A stretch of 64,000 nt of DNA from Ferroacidibacillus organovorans. GTDB taxonomy: Bacteria > Bacillota > Bacilli > Alicyclobacillales > SLC66. The stretch covers positions 1 to 64,000 of the forward strand of contig NZ_LSUQ01000007.1 in assembly GCF_001642725.1 (NCBI RefSeq). Reading direction: 5' to 3'. The notes below the pieces were generated by a model, which saw nothing but the letters and a program-made list of their open reading frames with translations, was not told where the DNA came from and ran no database searches. Shown one piece after another: positions 40,001 to 47,841 of this stretch. Made by a program: the position numbers and the translations under genes. Every line of letters starts with the position of its first letter. Positions within the stretch are counted from its first letter, which is position 1.

Positions 40001-41613
40001 CGATTGAAGATCTCGCTCAAATGATCGATGAGTTAAAGACGGTAAATTCGCGCGCAAAAGTATCTGTCAAAGTGCCTGTTGTTCCAGGAATTGGAACCAT
40101 TGCGGTAGGCATTGCAAAAGCTGGCGCTGACATCATTACGCTGAGTGGTTTTGACGGTGGAACAGGAGCTGCGCGCGCGCACGCATTGAAACATGTAGGT
40201 TTGCCAGTTGAAATCGGTGTGAAGTTGGCGCACGAGGCGCTTTTGGATGCGGGATTGCGCGAGCTCGTTGAACTCTGGGCAGACGGCGGGATGAAAAACG
40301 GGTACGATGTTGTGAAAATGGTGTTGCTTGGCGCAAATCGAGTAGGATTCGGAACGATGGCGATGGTGGCCGTCGGGTGCACCAGTTGTCGCGCATGTCA
40401 CAAAGATACGTGTCACGTGGGAATCGCCACGCAAATTGAAACGGTTGAACAAGCAACTGCACACGGATTGAAAGCTTTTGTCCCGCGCGAATTCGATCTG
40501 GCTGTGGCAAATCTTGAGCGTTTCTTCGGCGGGTTGGCTCAAGAAGTGCGGCACGTTGCCGCGCAGCTTGGCGCGACGTCGCTTCAAGCTCTGGTTGGTA
40601 AATCAGAATACCTGCAGCAAGCGAGATGCCACGACCGCGTAGATCTGCACGATTTGATTCAACACCATGTCGCCGTAACGTATCAATATAAGAAAATCGC
40701 CGTTCGACCGAGTAGCGTGAGCCGTCAATCCATTACGGCTCAGCTCGGACAACAAGCGTTGACTGCCATGGCGGCAGGAAGTGAGTCATTACAATTCGGC
40801 GCGGATCACGTGAACTCTGGCGAACGGATCATTGGCGGCATGCTCTCTGGATCCGTTGTGCGCACAGAGATTCGCGAGCGAAAGCAAGGTCTGACACGTG
40901 CATCCGTAGGTCTGCTCGCCGGGTCGGTTGCCGGCAATGGATTTGCCGCGTATAACGCCACGGGCATTCATCTGCGTGTTGAAGGTGGTGCACAAGACGG
41001 CGTTGGTAAAGGCGCACTTGGCGGCAAGGTCATCATTTTAAAAGGGCTTAACGAGCGCGGACGACGGGTAAATGGAAGTGTCGGCAAAGGATTGGCGTAT
41101 GGCGCTCAACGCGGATTGTTTATCGTTCAGGGAAATGCGGATGCGCGCGCCGGCATTCGCTTGTCAGGCGCAGACCTTATTATCGGTGGCGAGGTTGAGA
41201 CTCCAATTGATGATAGTAAGGGTTATCTTGCGAGCCGCGCAAACGTAAAAGGTTTTGCTTTTGAATACATGACTGGCGGAAGGGCGCTTGTCATGGGGGA
41301 TCCGGGACCGTGGATTTGTTCTGGAATGACCGGTGGTTTTGTTTATTTACGCATCGATTTCGAAATGGGATTGACGCCTGAAGTCATTCGTCGCCGGATT
41401 GCAAAAGGTGCAAAAGTATCCTTAACGCATTTGCATCCTGGGGGAATTCTTGATGTACAGGAATTGCTCGGTCACTATCAAAAAGAACTGATTCGCTCTG
41501 GTCAACAGGATGCAGCCGAAAAACTGCAACCGCTGATGCAAAGCCCTGACGATCATTTCATGGTGATTCGTCCCGGCGCGGAACTTACAGACCAGGATAT
41601 TGCGACGGAATAA
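37072..41613 (+). CDS. gltB: glutamate synthase large subunit (stand-alone)
   Basis: EHDACG Ntn cysteine, HNRYSTNT, HNGE, SMSFGS, KIGQGAKPGEGG, Fe-S cysteines, GXGXG C-terminal domain. Confidence 0.88.
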   Translation: MAFLEREEHDACGIVAWVEKGAQPTRANVERVLRALDQMKHRAGFVEEEGDGSGILVDLPRAIWVKKLGGDVVARQLVANPLFAVAHVLLTDEMKSSEGTAVDVETVAQNVPLMAEAAGFSLCKVVIDPVHAEALGPGGRKEGIHFLQFAFLYNDATATAERVDAACYRLLKEIETQLRVHVASLSSQSTVYKIRGDSDTLRAYYTDLNDESFVSRITIGHNRYSTNTTTSSERVQPFTLLGHNGELNTIHRLREESRMVNIETVSGGSDSQDLDRFLEGLIHNYSYSLIEAMEIAFPPIIHEIKQMSLPLQDLYMYIRSLFGPFAQGPAGIVSRHGREAVFSVDAMGLRPLWMVETDASLIFSSEQGVVSLSEMIHDPRPLSPGEKIYLELPPGEPTIVHAYPDAQHLVHARMRERHEIKGYGQGVSFHGPLVWGDTHLTPNRATDGTREARMAVFGWDQEDVRNLEAQTANGAEPIRSLGFDGPLAALSAERQNLSDYLKETVAVVTNPAVDREREIEHFSTRVVLGGRPHIDGSSKHLLHLELQSPLLLGGHSLPEADRYRALATKVGTQLYEDVIRYFMRDDDALCEIYPQLLPSETIEDALVRIAEEVEQGVLRGARLFVLDDRFSFDDGGTFIDPALAVAKTHRVLRELVVEGLSARRSASVIVRTGAVRNLHDVMVLAGLGADAICPYLYMETAYEVDGWKGIENVYAALTKGVEKVLSTLGIHELRGYDRLFSAIGLSETIADLLEIRTFFGAGSGADLIFFADVARERALLLKQPKASVARPYQLWPRIWKSAGDVAGGTLSFEEYSAKLRELEIKQPISLRHVLDIVPQSNKPSPDTVDLSVGDHSLPFLISSMSFGSQSEIAFRSYAEAAKRLDMLSLNGEGGEIKDMLGKYAKHRGHQIASGRFGVNAELCNSVDLLEIKIGQGAKPGEGGHLPGSKVSVKVAAARNARQGTDLISPSNNHDIYSIEDLAQMIDELKTVNSRAKVSVKVPVVPGIGTIAVGIAKAGADIITLSGFDGGTGAARAHALKHVGLPVEIGVKLAHEALLDAGLRELVELWADGGMKNGYDVVKMVLLGANRVGFGTMAMVAVGCTSCRACHKDTCHVGIATQIETVEQATAHGLKAFVPREFDLAVANLERFFGGLAQEVRHVAAQLGATSLQALVGKSEYLQQARCHDRVDLHDLIQHHVAVTYQYKKIAVRPSSVSRQSITAQLGQQALTAMAAGSESLQFGADHVNSGERIIGGMLSGSVVRTEIRERKQGLTRASVGLLAGSVAGNGFAAYNATGIHLRVEGGAQDGVGKGALGGKVIILKGLNERGRRVNGSVGKGLAYGAQRGLFIVQGNADARAGIRLSGADLIIGGEVETPIDDSKGYLASRANVKGFAFEYMTGGRALVMGDPGPWICSGMTGGFVYLRIDFEMGLTPEVIRRRIAKGAKVSLTHLHPGGILDVQELLGHYQKELIRSGQQDAAEKLQPLMQSPDDHFMVIRPGAELTDQDIATE

Positions 41614-41640
41614 CCAATCATTGTAAAACCATAGCAATGA

Positions 41641-41678
41641 AAAAAGGATTGCCGAAATTTCGTGGCAATCCTTTTTTT
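41641..41678. terminator. bidirectional intrinsic terminator
   Basis: AAAAAGGATTGCC-GAAATTTCGT-GGCAATCCTTTTTT. Confidence 0.85.
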
Positions 41679-41695
41679 GATGTACGAAAAAAAGA

Positions 41696-42058
41696 TTACA
41701 TCGTATAGACGCTGGACCCCAGAAAGTGAAACCTTTGAGGGTGTTTTTCATATAATGCTCGGAGTGTCGCTGCGACCGATGCATCACGCAAGGAGAGCGC
41801 TTCGCGAAGGTTTGATAAATCTTCGAAACGATAGATGGAACCGCGGAATTCCACACCGTTTAGCAACTCATCAATCGAGTATTTCAGTGCTGCGGCGCGC
41901 AGTACATTGTGGCGTGCAGCTTCGCTGTAGATGCGGTAGTGTCGCTCTTCATCAATCATGCATATTCCTTCCGGCGAGAAGAAGAGATCGCCAGCTGGCT
42001 CAACCCATATCAGATAAAGTTGAAAAGGTACTTGGATTCCATTTGTTGGTTTACGCAT
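41696..42058 (-). CDS. hypothetical protein (~120 aa)
   Basis: AAAGAAGGA RBS; stop lies just before the bidirectional terminator. Confidence 0.65.
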   Translation of the reverse strand: MRKPTNGIQVPFQLYLIWVEPAGDLFFSPEGICMIDEERHYRIYSEAARHNVLRAAALKYSIDELLNGVEFRGSIYRFEDLSNLREALSLRDASVAATLRALYEKHPQRFHFLGSSVYTM

Positions 42059-42171
42059 CGATCGGTGTCCTTCTTTCTGCATGGCACTACGGTCAGACAG
42101 ACTATACCGTCTCTAGGATATCCATCGCAAGGGATGCGATGAAAGTGAACCATGTGAAAGGCGTGTTATCT

Positions 42172-42900
42172 TTGGACTATCATGATGCTCTAGCGCATCT
42201 GGGAATTTCAAGCGCACACCCAGGCGGCTATCAAATGACGGAAGTCGTGTTTCATGAGCTTGAAAAACGCGGAGTGCCCCTTCATCCATCTTCTCGTGTG
42301 CTTGAGGCGGGCTGTGGAACAGGGCAAACTTCGTGTGAAATGGCACGTCGTTTTGGATGCCAAGTTACCGGAGTAGACTTGCGAAAACCGATGATCGAGC
42401 GTGCGCAGGAACGCGCTAAACGAGAAGGGGTATCTGTTCGTTTTTATCAGATAAAACCTGGCCTATTACCATTTTCTGATCATTCTTTTGATCTTGTTTT
42501 GGCTGAATCAGTCGCCGTCTTTAATCCGCTGTTGCCACTTCTAAGGGAGTGGCGTCGGGTTCTTGCACCGCACGGTTCGCTCATTGATCTCGAGATGGCT
42601 GCAAGTTTCACGCTTCCTGATGATGCCCGGCGCGCATTCCAGCGATTGTACGGAGCCGTTCAAGTCCCCACCCTAAAAGGGTGGAAAGAAGCATACGAAA
42701 CCGTAGGTTTTACCGATGTTCAGATGGTGCGCTCTGGCGCGATCCGCGGGTTACACGCTCCTCTTGCAATTCCTAACGTAACGACGCTTACACCGACAAC
42801 CTACACAAAAGAAATCATGGCCATCGTTCAAGAAAATCAAAAGGTGATGATGACCTACGATCGATGGTTGTCGTACGCTATGATTCTCGCACGCGATTAA
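42172..42900 (+). CDS. class I SAM-dependent methyltransferase (YodH-like)
   Basis: AHPGG, VLEAGCGTG, LPFSDHSFDLVLAES; start approximate. Confidence 0.85.
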   Translation: MDYHDALAHLGISSAHPGGYQMTEVVFHELEKRGVPLHPSSRVLEAGCGTGQTSCEMARRFGCQVTGVDLRKPMIERAQERAKREGVSVRFYQIKPGLLPFSDHSFDLVLAESVAVFNPLLPLLREWRRVLAPHGSLIDLEMAASFTLPDDARRAFQRLYGAVQVPTLKGWKEAYETVGFTDVQMVRSGAIRGLHAPLAIPNVTTLTPTTYTKEIMAIVQENQKVMMTYDRWLSYAMILARD

Positions 42901-42980
42901 ACTCTTACACGATGCGTGAGCGCGGATAAAGATCGCAAATTTCGCCAGAAACATGTACAATACATGCGAGGTGATCGATT

Positions 42981-45485
42981 TTGCGATCCAATGGGAAGCC
43001 GACCAAACCTGCCGGCCCACCTGTAAAAAAGAAAAAACGTCGCATGTCATTGAGAAAAAAAATTCTGATCAGCGCTTCCATCGCTGTCGGTTTTACTGCC
43101 CTGGCGACGGGTGGAATTGTCTTTGTTTTGACTACGGCAAACTTTAATCCTGCAAAGGTTGATCAAGGTGCAACAAGCCCAACGATCGTATACGATCGAT
43201 TTGGCCACGTCGCCTTTACGATTAATCCATCGGGTACGCGACGCGTCAATTTATCACAGATTCCTAAAATGTTACAAGATGCGCTGATCGCAACCGAAGA
43301 CATCCGTTTCTATCAAAATCACGGATTCGATTTGCGCTCTACGTTCCGCTCACTTGTACAGGATATCCTTCATCGCGGGTCTCTTCAGGGTGCGAGCACG
43401 ATTACGGAGCAACTCGCGAAAATGGTCTATCTCACAGATAACCAGTCGATTAAATACAAGATTCAAGAGATTATTCTTGGCGTTGAGCTTAGTCGCTACT
43501 ACACCAAGAATCAAATTCTCGACATGTATTTCAACACGGCTAATTTCAACGGAGCGACACCGGGAATTGAAAATGCGGCACAGATTTATTTTCAAAAAAA
43601 TGTGTGGCAACTCAATCTTCCACAGTGTGCGCTCTTAGCCGGATTGCCACAAGCGCCTACACAGTATGATCCGTTTTTACACCCGCATGCTGCGATGGCG
43701 CGCCGGAACATCGTTTTGGGACAGTTGCTAAAGTACCACTTCATTTCGCAAGCGACGTACGCCAAGGCGATTCAATCTCCGCTTGATTTGGCGAAAAATC
43801 CAGGCGCTGTTGCGGACGGCGTTCCTCCACAATACGCGTCGTATCGTGATTATTTGTATGAAGAAGCCAATAAAATTGGCATTGGTGCGCGTGCGCTTCA
43901 ACAAGGTGGGTATAAGATCTACACCAATCTCTCCCCACAGTTACAGATGGCTGCCTATCAGCAGTTTAATAACAACGCGTATTTTCCGCCAAACATGAAT
44001 GGAAATGTTGCACAGGGCGGGGCTGCCTTTCTCGATCCAAAAACGGGTGGACTCCTCGCGATTATGAGTAGCAGACCGTCAACGTATCAGTACGAAGGCT
44101 TTGACTACGCGACGCAGACACAGCGGTCACCCGGATCGTCGATCAAACCATTGGTCGTGTATGGCCCGGCGATCGATACTGGTAAATACAATGCAAATTC
44201 GCTCCTGTATGACGGTCCGCTCAATATCGGTGGGTATCAGCCGCAAGATTGGGAGTCGCATCCTACCATTAATCAACATGTGACGATGCGCGACGCGCTT
44301 GCGATGTCATGGAACATCCCTGCCGTTTGGCTTTTGCAACAGATCGGAATCTCAACAGGTTTGACATTCGCTGAGCGGGCAGGACTGCATTTTCAACCGC
44401 AAGATTTTTTGCATCTCGATGTTGCGCTCGGTGATATTCATCCAGGGACGAACCCATTACAGATGGCGGAAGCCTATACATCATTTGACAACAATGGTCA
44501 GAGAATTCCCGCACATGCGATTGAACGCATCGTCAACGCGCAAGGGTTGACCGTTTATCAAGCGCAAAGTGTACCGATTCAGGTGATGAAGCCGTCGACT
44601 GCATCACAGATCGTAGGACTTTTACAGAATAACGTTGTCAATGGAATCGCTCACCTTGCAGGCGTTGCCGGACGTCACGTGGCAGGAAAAACGGGTTCGG
44701 TTGCATTCTTGCCTCCGGGATACACCTATTCACCAGGTGATAGTGACCTGTGGTTCTGTGGATTTACACCGAATGTCGTGGGATCCATTTGGGAAGGCTT
44801 TCCTAATACCTCACTTCAAGCATACATTCCAAACTGGGTTGGCGGAAGCGCTTTGCCGGCGGAACTTTTTAGCGCGATCATGACGCAGGGGCTCTCTGGT
44901 ACGCCAGCAGGTTCGTTTACCACTCCGGTAAACACGTCAAGCACAGCACCGCTCATGACGTTGACTGGACTTACAGGGTCGTACAGTGCAACTCAAAACG
45001 GAATTTCACTTTCGTGGAATCCGCTTAACGGCTCCGTATACTATCTCGTGTTCCGTGGCGGCCCAAGCGATCGGAATTTGTATTATAATCGTTCAATTGG
45101 AAAAACGACGTCGCCGAGTTATGTCGATCCGATTCACGTTCTCGGGGGCCACACCTATCAGGTGGTCGCATTTAATGCGTTGACAGATCACGAGATTGCC
45201 GTTTCGCCAGAGATCGAGGTGCAAATTACTCCGTCCTCATTCGCGGGTTCGGGCACGACGACGCCCGGTTCAGGCACGACGACATCCGGTTCAGGCACGA
45301 CGACACCCGGTTCAGGTACGACGACACCCGGTTCAGGTACGACGACACCCGGTTCAGGTACGACGACACCCGGTTCAGGTACGACGACATCCAGCTCGGG
45401 CCCTACAAGCACGGTGATTCCAGGGACTTCGACACCCGTAGCACCGCCAGCCGCATCACTCAAACCGCCTCCGCAAGGCGAGTAG
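42981..45485 (+). CDS. class A penicillin-binding protein (transglycosylase/transpeptidase) with FN3-like and Thr/Gly/Pro tail
   Basis: [33 protein letters not shown]. Confidence 0.9.
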   Translation: MRSNGKPTKPAGPPVKKKKRRMSLRKKILISASIAVGFTALATGGIVFVLTTANFNPAKVDQGATSPTIVYDRFGHVAFTINPSGTRRVNLSQIPKMLQDALIATEDIRFYQNHGFDLRSTFRSLVQDILHRGSLQGASTITEQLAKMVYLTDNQSIKYKIQEIILGVELSRYYTKNQILDMYFNTANFNGATPGIENAAQIYFQKNVWQLNLPQCALLAGLPQAPTQYDPFLHPHAAMARRNIVLGQLLKYHFISQATYAKAIQSPLDLAKNPGAVADGVPPQYASYRDYLYEEANKIGIGARALQQGGYKIYTNLSPQLQMAAYQQFNNNAYFPPNMNGNVAQGGAAFLDPKTGGLLAIMSSRPSTYQYEGFDYATQTQRSPGSSIKPLVVYGPAIDTGKYNANSLLYDGPLNIGGYQPQDWESHPTINQHVTMRDALAMSWNIPAVWLLQQIGISTGLTFAERAGLHFQPQDFLHLDVALGDIHPGTNPLQMAEAYTSFDNNGQRIPAHAIERIVNAQGLTVYQAQSVPIQVMKPSTASQIVGLLQNNVVNGIAHLAGVAGRHVAGKTGSVAFLPPGYTYSPGDSDLWFCGFTPNVVGSIWEGFPNTSLQAYIPNWVGGSALPAELFSAIMTQGLSGTPAGSFTTPVNTSSTAPLMTLTGLTGSYSATQNGISLSWNPLNGSVYYLVFRGGPSDRNLYYNRSIGKTTSPSYVDPIHVLGGHTYQVVAFNALTDHEIAVSPEIEVQITPSSFAGSGTTTPGSGTTTSGSGTTTPGSGTTTPGSGTTTPGSGTTTPGSGTTTSSSGPTSTVIPGTSTPVAPPAASLKPPPQGE
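45246..45392 (+). repeat. 7 x 21-bp coding tandem repeat (GSGTTTP/S)
   Basis: GGTTC(A/G)GG(C/T)ACGACGAC(A/G)(C/T)CC units read directly. Confidence 0.97.
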
Positions 45486-45511
45486 ATTCAGACGTAGAAA
45501 GGAATTTTACT

Positions 45512-46078
45512 ATGGCGCATGTAGATCAGGAAAAAATTCAGGCCGCTGTTCGCATGATCCTTGAGGCCGTTGGCGAAAATCCAGATCGTGAAGGTTTGCT
45601 CGAGACACCCGCTCGCGTTGGAAGGCTTTACGCAGAAGTATTTGCAGGTCTTCACCAAGACCCGCGCGAACAACTTCAAACGATTTTTAATGAGGATCAC
45701 AACGAACTTGTACTTGTCAAAGACATCACGTTTTACAGCATGTGTGAGCATCACCTTGTTCCCTTTTTCGGTAAAGCGCACGTTGCCTACATCCCACAAG
45801 GTGCCAAGATTACAGGACTCTCAAAGCTTGCGCGACTGGTTGAAAGTGCTGCGCGACGTCCACAACTCCAAGAACGTTTGACTGCGACGGTAGCAGATTC
45901 ACTTGTCGATCAGCTTGATCCACTGGGCGTTGCCGTCATGGTGGAGGCTGAGCACATGTGTATGGCCATGCGCGGCGTAAACAAACCGGGCACAAAAACA
46001 CTTACGACAGCTGTCCGCGGCGCATTCTTGGAAGATTCGCATCGGCGCGCAGAAGTGTTTCAAATGATGAGACAGTAG
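45512..46078 (+). CDS. folE: GTP cyclohydrolase I
   Basis: [42 protein letters not shown]. Confidence 0.96.
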   Translation: MAHVDQEKIQAAVRMILEAVGENPDREGLLETPARVGRLYAEVFAGLHQDPREQLQTIFNEDHNELVLVKDITFYSMCEHHLVPFFGKAHVAYIPQGAKITGLSKLARLVESAARRPQLQERLTATVADSLVDQLDPLGVAVMVEAEHMCMAMRGVNKPGTKTLTTAVRGAFLEDSHRRAEVFQMMRQ

Positions 46079-46116
46079 GGAATGGGTCGATGAATTCACA
46101 CATCAAAGCGTGAAGC

Positions 46117-46148
46117 CAAAAGGCGCAGAATAACGTCTGCGCCTTTTG
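46117..46148. terminator. bidirectional terminator
   Basis: CAAAAGGCGCAGA-ATAACG-TCTGCGCCTTTTG. Confidence 0.85.
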
Positions 46149-46844
46149 TCATGGAGAGTGAAATGCGAGTTGCAGTGGGGAAAATTTTAAAAAGTCTGCG
46201 GCGACCAAATGGTAATCGACATTGCGGACGATGCCTTCAACGCGCGTTTGGTGGGCGTTACCGTGTAAATGACCATATACGCAGAGTTTCACATTGTATG
46301 CTTCAAGCAGCTTGCTAAACTCTGATTCGCGCACGTGACGAGTGATTGGCGGATAATGCATCATCGCGATAAGCGGTTTGTCCATTTTTTTCCCCGCTTC
46401 CAAAGAGAGTCGCAATCGCTCCACTTCACGTCTGTAGATGGTGTGATCCTCTGCCGTCATTTTAGAGTGGGGCAAATCCCAACCACGCGTTCCAACGATG
46501 GTGACATAAGCAAGAGGAATTGCATTGTTTTGCAAGACAGAAAAATCAGATCCGGCTAATTTTTCTACTTTTCGTTTCGTACTCCACCAATAGTCATGGT
46601 TTCCGCGGAGCAGGATTTTTCGCCCCGGGAGTGACGTGAGAAATGCAAAATCGGGTAGCGCCTCATTTTCACGCATGGCCCATGAGATATCTCCGGGGAT
46701 CAAAACGACATCCTCGTCAGCGATTTGTTCGCGCCATGCGCGTTCAATGCGTTCTGCATGCCGTTCCCACGTAGCCCCAAAAACATCCATCGGTTTGTTG
46801 GTGCCAAACGATAAATGGAGATCGGCAATGGCAAAGAGTGAAAT
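46149..46844 (-). CDS. calcineurin-like metallophosphoesterase, probable AUU start
   Basis: AIADLH, PGDISWA, GNHDYWW, MHYPP, GHLH; AAGGAGG-N9-ATT. Confidence 0.85.
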   Translation of the reverse strand: MSLFAIADLHLSFGTNKPMDVFGATWERHAERIERAWREQIADEDVVLIPGDISWAMRENEALPDFAFLTSLPGRKILLRGNHDYWWSTKRKVEKLAGSDFSVLQNNAIPLAYVTIVGTRGWDLPHSKMTAEDHTIYRREVERLRLSLEAGKKMDKPLIAMMHYPPITRHVRESEFSKLLEAYNVKLCVYGHLHGNAHQTRVEGIVRNVDYHLVAADFLKFSPLQLAFHSP

Positions 46845-46911
46845 AAGCCCTTGCCTCCTTTTTCTTGAGATTGTACCATGTTTTTATTGAATTGCTGAGG
46901 AGTTATTGCTG

Positions 46912-47385
46912 ATGGAAGGACTTCCACGCACTGACGCCGAATTGAAATCCATGGTGTGTATGATATCCATGCGCGATTTTCATCTTCCGTTTTCGCACGA
47001 TTGTCGCTTTAACGCACGACTGCGCAGTACAGGTGGAAGATACATCCTTTCCACCCACAACGTGGAGATCAATCCGAGCTACGCACATCGCTTTGGAATC
47101 GAAGAATTGATTCGTGTGATTCGCCACGAGTTGGTTCACTATCATCTTCATTTGGCTGGTCGCGGATATCGACACCAAGATCGGGATTTTAAAGAGTTAC
47201 TCTCCCGCGTTGACGGTGCGCGCTATGCCAGAGCGCACCGCGTTACACCACTTACAACGCGGTACGCATATCGCTGTACGGCGTGTGGCGCCAATTACGT
47301 ACGCAAGCGAAAACTGGATACATCGCGCTATGCGTGTGGAAGTTGCCGCGGAAAATTAGAAATGATTGCGATAAAAAATACGTAA
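46912..47385 (+). CDS. SprT-family zinc metalloprotease (YdcK-like)
   Basis: FNARLRSTGGRY, HELVHYHLH, C-terminal CxxC...CxxC ribbon. Confidence 0.9.
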   Translation: MEGLPRTDAELKSMVCMISMRDFHLPFSHDCRFNARLRSTGGRYILSTHNVEINPSYAHRFGIEELIRVIRHELVHYHLHLAGRGYRHQDRDFKELLSRVDGARYARAHRVTPLTTRYAYRCTACGANYVRKRKLDTSRYACGSCRGKLEMIAIKNT

Positions 47386-47401
47386 GGAGGATGTTTTTAG
47401 G

Positions 47402-47647
47402 ATGGAAGAACAATTGATAAAAGGAATTCAATCATCGCTGGATTTACTTCGTGAATGTGAAAAAGAAACGGCTGTCACCGTTTCCGATACACAACTGTCA
47501 GAGATGGTCATGCGACTTTTTAGAAATGAGGATATGGAAGGGCTTGAGCGATTGATGCAGATGAAAAAGGTGGAGCGTCAATTTGTCGATGAACTTCAGG
47601 CGTTTGTCATGCGGTGGTCCAATCGACTGGAGGCGCTCCATGCATGA
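47402..47647 (+). CDS. small helical hypothetical protein (81 aa), paralog of next ORF
   Basis: AAGGAGG RBS; shares FR..D.E...RL...K...QAF...W with 47644 ORF. Confidence 0.75.
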   Translation: MEEQLIKGIQSSLDLLRECEKETAVTVSDTQLSEMVMRLFRNEDMEGLERLMQMKKVERQFVDELQAFVMRWSNRLEALHA

Positions 47648-47841
47648 CCCTTCGGATGGAGCGCGTCTCGCGCATTGTCGGCGCATGGAACGACCAGCTT
47701 CAGCTCTTGGAAGGATCTGCAGTCGAACATTTTCGCGCACAGGATTTGGAGAAGATCGGACGTTTAGTTGAGGAGAAACGAACGCTTGAGCGACGAATTG
47801 AGCGCGTGCAAGCGTTTATCGAGGCGTGGCGAAGTGAGTGA
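47644..47841 (+). CDS. small helical hypothetical protein (65 aa)
   Basis: ATGA overlap with previous ORF, GGAGG RBS, overlaps the helicase start. Confidence 0.72.
   Translation: MTLRMERVSRIVGAWNDQLQLLEGSAVEHFRAQDLEKIGRLVEEKRTLERRIERVQAFIEAWRSE

Noticed and set aside
41662..42171. 412-aa methyltransferase call
   Set aside because: The extension starts inside a terminator and is antisense to a better-supported gene
45246..45392. Possible CRISPR array
   Set aside because: Units are contiguous with no spacers, in frame inside a CDS, and there are no cas genes
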